A stretch of DNA of 64,000 bases, taken from Trichosphaerium sp. ATCC 40318. Taxonomy: Eukaryota; Protista; Tubulinea. Of the stretch, positions 23,391 through 34,893 are shown piece after piece. The notes under the pieces were generated by a model. The model had not been told where the DNA came from, made no database searches, and was given only the letters and a program-made list of their open reading frames with translations. The position numbers and the translations under genes are program-made. Location of the stretch: NCBI GenBank assembly GCA_038496445.1, contig JALMLS010000287.1, positions 124,001-188,000 on the forward strand, given 5' to 3'. How positions within the stretch are numbered: the stretch's first letter is position 1; each line of letters starts with the position of its first letter.

Positions 23391-26300
23391 ATGAAGTGGC
23401 CTCTATGTAAAGTCCGTATTGCGCTTAAAGCACGAGATAAGATCAGATTCCAGCGAAACGACGTATCAACGTTATATTTTCTAAGCCTATGCGTCTCGGT
23501 GTTATCTTGGCTTGTGGTAGCACCGTTTTGCGTAATATACTTTGTTTCCGTTCCAGAAGCGTTGAGATCATGTACCAACGCGTTTTTAATGTCTCTGGTA
23601 CTTGGTATCGCTGCTGTAACAATTATTGCGTGGAGCATACTGCTAGTTATAGTACGGGTATTTTGCAAGCCTCCTGATAATCAATTCGTGCCATTGGAGC
23701 CAACAGAAGACGATATTCGTTTGGAACCGCTTGATGGTGGCATAGATGGTACTTGGTGTCACAAAATGGCACTAACAGTTTGTAGAATGGCAAGGTAGTG
23801 TTCAATTCGATGATAACGGCGTTGGGCCGAAAAAGAACCAAAAATGTTGTTTACATTGGAAGGAATGGGTGGTTCATGTACTAGCGTGCGTATTTAGCGT
23901 CTGGGGACTTTGCTGTTATCTTACATACAGTTTAGTATTGTTAGCGGGATTGCGATCATTTTAGCTTGCGTATTATGCCTCACTATTGTCTCATCGGCCA
24001 GTCCTGAGCGTTTGAGCTCAATACAAGTACGCCACGTCATGCTTTGGAAATTTTTTCATTTCTTTCATCACGTTATCAACAACGTTTCTACTCCAGTAAC
24101 ATTGTTGATAGGCTGGCGTGAAATCTCGTGTATTGATAGAACAGGATGTACATGGCGTCTTTCACGTGACTGGAAAATCAGAAGAAGACGTTGCCTACGG
24201 CCAAGGCTTCCTTCATGCTCAAGTAAGTCTAATAAACAAATATTGCTTATGTTATGTATTTATTCTTTGGTTTAGGAACGTATGTGGCAACTCGAGTTCA
24301 ACAGGAGGTATGTTAGGACAATCGCCAAGATTTCTTTTTCCAAAAGGCTTTCAGAAGACAAAAGTAAATTCATTCACATTCTGTTAAAGGTTAGCCCGGG
24401 GACTGCTATCAGAAGTATTGGGTAAGGACGCTTTGCGTATAGATAAACTATTTCGCACATTGGGTATAGCTAGGTAAGGCATTTAGTTACACCAGGATGA
24501 ACTTATTAATGTTCTACAAGGAACGCTGCCGCTGATGTGGCTGCTTTATCAGAAGTACATCATGATATTCTTAAAGCTTTCTGTGAGGTACATTAGAGGT
24601 CCCACCCGCTCGAATTACTTAGCCGTTTAGGGTATAAATAAGTACATCTCTATGAAGCCAAAACTTACATTAGAATTCAATCTTCTTGGATTCCAACCTC
24701 AACCTTATGTCCCTGAAGATATCATTCTCTTCTCTAAAGTAATGAGCTATGAGCAATCATGTATGTGACTCTTTTTTTTACTTGTGTTCCCACGTGCTAA
24801 CAATACAAAGCCAACATGGCAGATGAAATTAAGCGATTCCGTTGGCTAAAACTTAAGAACATTACAGCTGAACAAGTTGCATATCTCTCACCTTCATACC
24901 CTTCAGATGGACCTACAATAATAACTACATCTGAGTCAAAACGTGATAGTTTTGGTGAACCACTTCAACAGGTTCAAACAATCTTTCTTTACGAGACTTA
25001 ATCACCTAGGTTACCTTAAACCCAGCGCTTTTGGAGTACTATCAGGGTGTTACTACACGTCCTGGAACATCTAAAAGAAGTGAAGATAGATCTGATAATG
25101 ATCTATTGTATCGCATGTATGAGAAGACTAGTAATTATAAGGCATCTAACAGCTGGGTTACAACTGGAAAAAAAACAAAATCTGGAAAGCCAATTCTTTC
25201 CAATGACCCTCATTTACGTCTTCCTGTACGTACTTTGTATACATGTAACTAAATTATCAAATCCTTATTAATATCTAGATGCCATCTGTTTGGATACTTG
25301 TTCATGTTCACGTCTCCGATTCCAATAGAAATACAATAGGTGCCAAAAAACATGCGAACAAGACTCACAGCTTCTTGTCACTGTTAACTTGTGATATAAG
25401 GTTGTTCATTTCCTGGTGCGCCTGTGGTTGTTATTGGTAGGAATGATTATTTTGCTTGGGGCATTACAAGCAGTGGCGTCGATGTTCAAGGTAATTTCCG
25501 TTGTCATATCTTTTTAATTGCTTTTCTCGGTGTTTTTTGATATTAACGTTTGTCACTTCTTACCTAGATCTGTTTATCATGGAGGAAGAGAGCGATACTA
25601 CTTACAAACATAATGGTATTCTATTGAAATACCAATCACGTACAGAAGTCATAAAAGTAAAAGACAGCGACACTGTATGTGTTTCTATTTTTAGCTTTTT
25701 CTTGCAAAGAAAAAATTATAATACTAACCCATTGCCTAGGTTAACTTAGTTGTACGTGACTCTATCTATGGTCCTGTGATAAATGATATTATTGATGATG
25801 GTGATAAATTACCTACATTGTCTTTGAGATGGACTGCACTCGATGCCAATCATACTACGTATGCCCTTGTCTGAGTTTTAGTTTTTAGTGGAGCATTTAG
25901 TTTTCTTTATTGCTTACTAACTGGATAACTAGTGCAACTTTCTTTGATTTAAATAACGCCACAAACTTTGATTCATTTACTCAAGCTTTGGGAGAGCATG
26001 TTTCACCAGTAATGGTACGAGGTTTTCCGGAAATCCTTGACAGATTCTTCAAAAAGGCCACCAATTCATCTTACTAATTTACGTTCTGTAGAATTTTATT
26101 TATGCAGATACTTCCGGTAACATCGCATATAAACTCGCAGGGAAGGTACCTATACGAAAAGAAGGATCTACAGGTGAACTACCTGTACCAGGAAACGGAG
26201 ACTATGACTGGGATGTAAGTATTCTCAAGGCTCTTTTATGTTTTTGATGAATTGTTCTTTGTTTGTTCTTTCTGTGTTCTCAACGTTTTAAGGGTTGGAG

Positions 26301-27711
26301 GTCCTTCTCTTCTCTACCTACTACACAAAATCCTGAAGAGGATTTTATAGTTACAGCCAACAACAAGGTAAGTCATGACTTGTTTTACCCTTTTTGCTTT
26401 CGATATTAATCATCTTTTTAGATATCTTCAGATGCTGACTCTCTGCTATTTTCTGCAGATTGGGAAGCTCCCTTCCGTGCACAACGTATTGTTGATATGA
26501 TAAAATCTTATAATAAGACAGATATCACTGACCACAAAACTATTCAATTGGACCAACACACGTACTTCCATTTTTCTTGGAATCTTCCATCTTGACGGTC
26601 CATTCTTAGGGTTATCCGAGATTACCTTGGGTTTATATTGAACTCTACTAATCCAACAAGCGAGTCAGGTAAAGCGTGGAAGGAACGTCTACAAAAGTGG
26701 GATACAAAGTACGTAGAAAGAAAGAAAAAAAGTGGAACTGTTGGTTCCAGCCGCTTTTTTGTTTCGATGTTTGTCATTAATTCCATGTTAGTGAAATCCC
26801 TTCTTCAGAAGATGCCCTTGTATTTGAAGTATTCTTTCAAGCACTCTCACATGTTTCTGATGCGTTGATTGGAAAAGCAATTGATGACCCTGTTTTTATA
26901 CATGAAACGTTCCTTAACGATCGTTGTGGACCTGGTAATTCAAGCTGTGTTGATTTTGCAACAAAGGTATGTTATTTCTAAACTAGTAATACATTGAAAA
27001 CTTGGTGATCGAAATGTCAGAAATTACACGAGATAAACAAAACAACCATGTGGTTTTTTTGTTGAGGGTAACAACTTTCTTTAAGGCGCTTGAAGAGTCT
27101 ATTACAAGTCTTAATCTCGATGAACCTGAATCAATTAAAACTTGGGGTGAAAAACACGCTGTAGTATTGGCACACGTTGTTTCAAACTCTCCAGTAGGAT
27201 GCCTTTTCAGTAGGAAGTACGACCCGAGATATATTCATTGAACATACTCAACTTTGTTTTTTAGGCTAGAACGTGGAGGTTCTTCATTTACTGTTAATGT
27301 CGGTTCTTACGATGAAAGTGATTATGTTTCAAGTCACGGGCCAAGTTATAGACAGATCGTAGGTAAGTATGTGTACCTCAAATGAGAGTACAATAGAGTA
27401 GTGAACCACATTAATGTTTTTTGCTTTAGATTTGAATAACATTGAAGCTTCTATCTTTATCATTGCTGGTGGTCAATCTGGTAATGTTTTTGATAAACGA
27501 TATGGCGACTATGTACCTATGTGGGCTGTATGTTCTATTCTTTTTTTTTGTTTTTGGGGACGCACAGTTCTGTAATATTCCAGAAATTTTTTCCCCTTTG
27601 AACTAAACATGGATGACTAACTGTCTGTTAAACTAGGAAGGTGAATACATCCCTATGCAAACAAAGTATTATAAAGTAGCTTCACAACAAACTTTAAAAC
27701 CGAAACTATAA
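23391..27711 (+). CDS. Penicillin-acylase-family (peptidase S45, Ntn hydrolase) protein with N-terminal TM segments
   Basis: DVHGVFHVTGKSEEDVAYGQGFLHAQERMWQLE; catalytic ASNSWVTTGKKTKSGKPILSNDPHL; NFIYADTSGNIAY; NPEEDFIVTANN; GPSYRQIV; GGQSGN. Fusion to the upstream TM exon is inferred from plausible splicing. Confidence 0.9.
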
Positions 27712-27924
27712 GCTTTGGCTAAAAGACGAGGTTTAAGAGAAACCACCGAAAAAAAATAAAAAAGTGAAAAAAGAAAGAAAAATAAGTGAATTTCTCGTTT
27801 TGTGTAGTACCATTTCTTCTGTTAGCTTGGCTGTGGACAGGCTGCATTAACTTTGAGATGTTTTCGTGTTTATTTCGATAGTTATAACTTTCTAACCGAG
27901 TGTCAATACTTGTGAACGCTCAAA

Positions 27925-28150
27925 TGAACGCAAACAAGACTCAGCACTGTTTGTTTACCTTTAGACATCCAGCACATGATTTTAAATGCATGAAAATGGA
28001 CAACTTCAGGTTTGAAGCATGTTTATTGAAGGCAACCCACGATGAAGAGAAAATGTGGTACGAAAATAGGCACTTCTCAGCCAGTGTGTTTATGTTAATG
28101 CTAAACTACATGGTGTACAAAGAATGGAATGGACAACTTAAATGTCACCA
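27925..28150 (+). pseudogene. Relic of F-box/YwqK-repeat gene
   Basis: Switching frames gives CLPLDIQHMILNA*, HENGQLQV*, EEKMWYENRH, QCVYVNAKLHGVQ and WNGQLK. Confidence 0.7.
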
Positions 28151-28605
28151 TGATCAACAGGAATCACCTATCTTTGTTATCAAAAATCTGGTTCAAGGCT
28201 GCCTAATATCTGAATGTAATAAACATCTGAAAGTTAAACCACTAGCACTATCAGATGCCTAGAGCATGGTCCGAACCTGTATTACTCAACCCTCTCTCAG
28301 GTCGAAGTACGACGTGTAAAATCTTCTTCAATAGCTTGGAGTAGCTTCACCTGCTTCTTGTAGCATGTCACTGCCATAAGAGTTTTACAAAAGAGATTTA
28401 CACGCGAACCACGTGTACGTCACGTTGTTCTACTACTTTTTTATGTGACGCTACTTCGTTGGTTGTAGTAAGGTAACGTAAAATACGGAAATATAGAAAC
28501 TGGAGACTTTTTTTGTTAAAGTGTTATCACCTAACAAAATTCACGTGGCTGCCGTTGGACATGAGAATTAAAAAAAAAGTGTACACATGCGTTTGTAACA
28601 AGGCT

Positions 28606-29088
28606 TTATTTAGCTGGATCTTCATATCTCATTGTAAACTCAACATCATAGGTAATATAATGGCCTAACGCGTTTTTTTCCCATACTTTCATGTCCAAAG
28701 TATTATTTACAATGGGAGTCTCTGAGGGTTCATCTAGATTTACACTCTGCATGATTTTCATTCCTGCATTGTTTGGGTCATCTATCATAGACATTGAGCG
28801 TAGATTATAATAACGGTCATAGTAGTGAACTACAGAAGAAGTATGTGTAGAAGTAGCGCCATCTTGTCGATGTACAAATGAACAATCTGGTTGTATTTCT
28901 CCAATCCAACGTTGTAGCGCACCGTATGGCGAGTTGTATTGCCAGCTTATATGATAGTATCTCTTTACAAAACGTTGAATACCTCTGTTGTTAGGTGTTG
29001 ACGATACCAAGTAGTACTCACAGTCATAAGCACACTGTGAGAGAGTGAATAAGGTTATCAGAAGTAAAAAGAAAGTTGCTGCACGCAT
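28606..29088 (-). CDS. Intronless secreted protein of unknown function (160 aa)
   Basis: Clean ATG ORF with signal peptide MRAATFFLLLITLFTLSQCA; Tyr-rich, beta-strand-like body. Confidence 0.7.
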   Translation of the reverse strand: MRAATFFLLLITLFTLSQCAYDCEYYLVSSTPNNRGIQRFVKRYYHISWQYNSPYGALQRWIGEIQPDCSFVHRQDGATSTHTSSVVHYYDRYYNLRSMSMIDDPNNAGMKIMQSVNLDEPSETPIVNNTLDMKVWEKNALGHYITYDVEFTMRYEDPAK

Positions 29089-30210
29089 GTTTGTTATGTA
29101 TGAAGGTTACACAAATGTTTCCCAAATACAAAGACTGCTAACTTCCGTAAAGGTACACAAAGTGACCTGCGCAAGTAAACAAAACATTATTCAACAAAAT
29201 ACCCACGTGGGTGATGCGGTGCGTTCAGGAAGATCTGTCGCGATATGAGGTGATCCCTGGCAATCTCGTCTTAATGTTTACCCAACAACTCTTTCACGCA
29301 TTTACACGCACAATAGGCATCTAAATACTCTTTGAACGCCTAAAAAAACTGTGCACGTGTGCCACTTTGTATTGTTGAATAAAAGCAAAAAAGTTCGAAT
29401 TTGTGCGCTTCTTTCGCAACTGTTTCCCTAGATTCTGTCATCATGCGATGAGTTAAACCCCCACCGAAATGTCCTCTCACTAAAATGGGAAGAGACACGC
29501 CTGTGTGATTTGTTTAGGGCTGTTTTGGCAAGTATTTTTTTTCAAAGCCTCGTTTCGCTAGTTCGTGGATTTAGTGGATTGTCATTCATATTATTCATAC
29601 AGCTACCAGCGCAGCGGTAGTAGAGGAAATTTTTTTGTACGCAAGCGCTCTTTGTCAACACTAGCGATGTCGTACTGTTGAGTGTATACCTACAACACGT
29701 TTGCATCCGTAAGCAAGAGCAAGTCGTATTTTTTTATCACGTGATAATTATGAGGCAAAATACCGTCATGAAAGAGACAAATAGATGCCTTGTATACAAA
29801 GCTCACCAAAGAGTTGGTAATTCTTGAACACCACAGGTTACGCGAAAATCCTCCTGTTTTGTGATAAGGTTTGCTCCTTTTTTCTTTTTACTTCTGTGTC
29901 GGACACAAACAACCGTATGACGCTATAACGTCCATTGATGATTAGTGACGTATCAATATTTCTGTCTATTTCTCAAATTGTTCTGTACGCGCTACACTGA
30001 AACATTATTCAATCGCAGTACGTCAATAGAACCATAGCCATTTTTTTTATTATTCATGAATTTAGAGTACTGTTATGAATATCCAGCAAATGTCATTTGC
30101 TTGTTTGGTTTATTTGACTATGTTTTACTTTAGTCGAGCACGCTTCGCGTTACATAATAGTACAACACAAGCCTTAGCTTGGGAAAAATCCTCTTTACAA
30201 GTTTGTTTGT

Positions 30211-30420
30211 GTATTCTTTGATTAGCCTCTGAGTTTACTTTTCTGGTGATTATGTATTGTTTGTATAATTCTATTTGGTGTATTAGTAAACGCCATGGTG
30301 AGTATAGAAGTTGGTATGAAGATGGCAAACTGCAGAACAATACGTTTATAAAGATGGACGAAGACATGGAGAGTATAAGTCTTGGCATTGTAGAGATGTT
30401 TTTCAAAGGCAATATCTTTG
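30211..30420 (+). pseudogene. Relic of F-box/YwqK-repeat gene
   Basis: IWCISKRHGEYRSWYEDGKLQ, then a frameshift to YVYKDGRRHGEYKSWHC; preceded by a degenerate FD*PL leader. Confidence 0.7.
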
Positions 30421-30449
30421 CCAAAAAAAAAAATAGTGTTCATTTTACA

Positions 30450-33400
30450 TTATGTTTTATTACGGTCTGGCTTTAACCGCTTAGAAGGAGGTGGTGCGCC
30501 ATTCTCATTTACGTCATTAATATCATTTATACTTGATGAAATCTCAGTTGATTTTCGCTTTTTCATATTCACTTCACCAACGTGAACTTCCTTCTTTTCT
30601 CCGTCTGGAGTGAAATCCTCATCATCAGAATCAGAGTCACCATATGCAACAAGATTTCCTAGTATACTAGGTTTACTAGCATTATCTCTAACCTCAGGTT
30701 CAAAAGAATCAGGAGGTGTAGCATCATCATCATCGTCATCGTCTCGATCAAAAAATTTATCATCTTCATCAATATCCCAACTTGGCTGTTTTTTACCTCC
30801 TCTATCTTTAAACGAACTAGAACAAGACGTCAGACATTTCACCACAGTATCAAGAACAGGTCTAGTACACACGTTGGCCCAAAAAAAAAAACAAGACGAG
30901 AAAAGCGTAAAAAGCCACAAGGCTGAAAAAAGAACAAAAAATTGACAAAAAAAAAAAAGAACATCGTACGTTGAGGTTCCTTCCATTTTGTTTTTATCAT
31001 ACTCATTCTGTTCATAACGCGCTTTAAGTGACTTGAAAGTAGAAACATAATCCACATGCTCTAACTTTGATCCAAAGTTTTCAATGACATGTTTAACAAG
31101 TGGTTTGTTATTACTCTAAAAAAAAAGAACAATGAGTACATTGAAACGAAATTACTAACAACAGATGGTCGATCTTGTGTTGGACGTCATATTGATTTTA
31201 AAGGGTTGATATTAACATGTACACATACCTTTTTAATATGCTCAAATAACTCCAAAATAGCTGAGTTTAGAAGGTTGTATTTTGATCCGTTTGCAATAAA
31301 TAAGTCCACAATAGGTGCGAACAAGTTCATTTTCATGATATGATTACTATAATACTTATCTGTCTCATGGACTATAGCTCGGAAAAACCGAAGTGCAGCT
31401 AGAACAACAGAGTAAGTACAACCCCAACAGGTAGTTATGAATAAAAAAATTAACAAATAGGAGAACTGTGAATCGTACACAAAATAAGGAATTTCTCGCG
31501 ACTACCAACAAGTACTATGACTTTGGAGGGAATGTTTTTTCCCAGTAGGTATTGCTTAACACGATAATCATGTCTACGCACAAGATGCGTGAGTAAGTCT
31601 AGTGTTAGGTTCTTAGAGAGACCTTCAGCTTCAGAATGAACACCACCTACAAAAACAAGATTAACAAAACAAAGGTAAAACCAGGGTCTTTCGACCACAA
31701 CACAAAAAAACACCGCTGTACGTACCAGGAGGGAGTGCTCGCAGTATTGGAGCAATAACAAATTTCATGTACATCGTGTAAAACTTATCCACAAAGTCTT
31801 GGTTACCGTCATAGGCCTAAAGTAATCAATCAATAAAAATATGTCAAAAAAAAAAAAAACTTCGAACTCACCTCTTCGTTAGCATCAGCAGCGTCAATGA
31901 TTAATTTAATTACATCGCTGATAAGGATCTTAACACCACTCTCTGGGTCTTTATCGAGACACTCGATCAATATATACAAGAGAGATCCCTCTACAAAGAA
32001 ACAGTAAGAATCATTTATTACAATAATTTTAGGGAAAAAAAACGTACCAGGCGTTGATTCCGCCTTGTGGTGATTAGAAATATGCGTCCTTATAAGAGTT
32101 GAATCACTTTCGATGCTATGCGACATAATCTCAATACTAAACGGAGGTAAGAACACGTTCCATCCATGTATTCAATAAACAACAAGAAAACAGAAAAACT
32201 TGTGCAGCATCTAGAAAGCGCTGCTACAAATCTCCTTTTATGAGAACGCACCTGTTTAATCGCACAGATTTATCTGGGTTCTGTAAAGTTTTAGCCAATA
32301 CGTCGTATAAACCACGATCATTCAAGGAGCTAAAAATAAATGAGTTAACAATATGTTAAGTGATACAACATACCGATAAAAGGCAGTAATATTACGGAGT
32401 TCAAGAGTCTTTACTAAATCACATAGACTCTGTAAGAGCTTCATCAAATCAATCATTTTATCCTGTGGTGTAGACGATGATTTTATACGAACAAATCTCA
32501 AAAACAGTCAAGGAACAACACCACTGGTGCGTAAAAACAAAAAAAATATTTGGAAAAAAAAAAGTGGATACAGTTTTGTCAAAAACGCAGCGTCTGTAGA
32601 TAGCTTTGCAGCAATTTGACAATTGTTGATAATCACAAGAGAACCAAGTGTGCTAAAGGTCCCTTCATCTAATACACGGGCCAAAATAACATCCTAGAAA
32701 CCAGTTAATTTATGCACAAAGCAAAAAAACAAATAAATTACACACCTTAATATATTGCAAGCGAAACGTTAAGTGGATTTGATTTACAATTTCTGGATCG
32801 CCAAAGTCAAGTACTTGGTTGAATTTTGCTTTATTTTTTATAAAGTCACGATGTCTTGTAGTTTTATTCAATTCAGGGTCATCTAGACATAAATAAGAAA
32901 TCATTAGAAAAAAGAATTCTGAGAATTCTAATTAGAAAAGAGGAAAAAAACTGAAACTCCTTTTTAAGGCCACTCAGTAGGTTAAAAAAATATGCAGATA
33001 TCGATTCGTACATTCTAGTGCACCAAGCAAGTCAAAAATATGATCATCATCAAAGACAAAGTCGTAAATAGCTGGATTATTTAACAACACTAAAAAAAAC
33101 AAAATATAAGCATAAATGTAATTCTTCGTGAACTACAAACTTTAAAACTTTGACATACCGACACTAGTGAATATCTTAAAAATCCTACCAAGGTCCTCTT
33201 TAGCGTCAAGATCATCCAAAATGTGAAACAAATCAAACAATTTTTTCAAGTAATTACCGTCCTAAAATACACGTTAAACCAATAACAAACATTTCCCGAA
33301 GCGTAAAAATGATCAAAGCCAACAACAAAAATCCGATTAAATAATCGAGATTAACGAAATGCGATCGACCTCTACTTACGTTATCTAGTAGTGCTTTCGC

Positions 33401-34630
33401 AATCTTCTCCTTACGCATAGCGTATGTACCAGAGGATATTACTGTAACAATTTCATCAAGATTTTTTATATTTGCTGTAGGTAATTCTATTGCTTTTGTA
33501 TTAGATAGCTCTGCATAATCTAAATTTACATTAATAACTATTTACATACTTACGAAATTGAAAAAAGATCATTTTGTGATGTTCATAATTTCGACATAAG
33601 GTGGAACTACTACACTCACACTCTATGTGTGGTAATAGACAAGTATTTGATGAAGAGTAAAGAGGTAAACAACACCAAAAAATAAAAATACAATACGCCT
33701 AGTAAGTATCGCATTGATCAGAACGTAATAGTTTCATTGATTTAGCGCGTGTTCCTTTTTTGATAAATTTTTTTTTGTGAATACTTATTCAATGCAAAGG
33801 CACTTACGCTCATCAATAAACCCGAAACCAGCTCCTAGATCGCTTGGTATTTGATCACTTCCCATTTGTATCTGGTGGTTACGTAGTTCTTCCCTACAAG
33901 CCTTCTGTCAATATTTCTTTGCATGTAAAAAAATAATTTTGGCGCGAAATGAGCGCCTATTTCTCTAAAGGCGTTTTGAAAATGCGACAAAAAAGAATTG
34001 ACAAGTACGCGGTAACCTTTCCGTACCATATCTCATGACACCCAGAAGGTTCTTGAAAGCTAAGTGCTAAATCTTCTGTATCTTCAGCGTCAGATTCTTC
34101 ATCCTTCGCTTGATTCCAAACGATGAGAGTGTCTACAATGCGTGTTGGTTTTTTATTTCGAAAAAAAAAAAATAGAAAGCTGTGAATGGGTTGAAAATAT
34201 CCGTGACTAATGACATGTGAGCCATCTACGCCAAAAATGCGAAAAAAACCATCAAACTAAGTCCTTGCTTTTTCAAAGCGTCGCGGAAAACTAACGGTTA
34301 CCCCAACACCATTTTCAGCCACTCCATGTTTCAAAAACGCGCACCTTGTTGCCGTTTATAGATATCTTCCTTTGAGATTCGTGATTTCAGGAGCATGACC
34401 TTTTCATCGTCCTCCGACACAACAAATATCACTGGCGATACGTTCTAGGTTTTTTGAGCGTGTACAGAGTCATTTTAAGCGTTTGGTAAATTATGAAACC
34501 ATTTTTTTCAATATGTCTGATAATGCACCTCTGTTTCAACAATAGTAACATAACCGGTGCCTTGATCGGCCCATTGACCATCCTCATTTAGTTTGTACAC
34601 CTTCACGCGGCGGTCGTTTGTCTTTTCCAT
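30450..34630 (-). CDS. PPP4R3: Protein phosphatase 4 regulatory subunit 3 (SMEK/PP4R3/Psy2)
   Basis: RRVKVYKLNEDGQWADQGTGYV (EVH1); DLALSFQEPSGCHEIW; IHLTFRLQYIKDVILAR; AALRFFR; YNLLNSAILELFEHI; YVSTFKSLKARYEQ. Confidence 0.95.
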
Positions 34631-34893
34631 GAAGGTGTCTCTCTGAAAACACTACCCAATCATATTTATCAAGAAATACATTGCAGTTGCAAAAAAAAAA
34701 GTTCCCTGAGGTCAAGGCGAAAAAAGTACGTCTGCATACGTGATAACACTGGTACCACGCCTATTATGCGCTGTGGTGCACAACACAATACAGACTAAGC
34801 ATTCACACTAAACAATTGCATTTTACTTGCTGAAAACGTTATCAGTTAATAGCTATTTGCGTGGTTTCGCGCAAGAGACCTCTTACCGACGTT

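Noticed and set aside
33715-33818. Apparent C/D box snoRNA (TGATGA...CTGA) on the minus strand in PP4R3
   Set aside because: The TGATGA lies within a coding exon (ATT GAT GAG) just before a splice donor.
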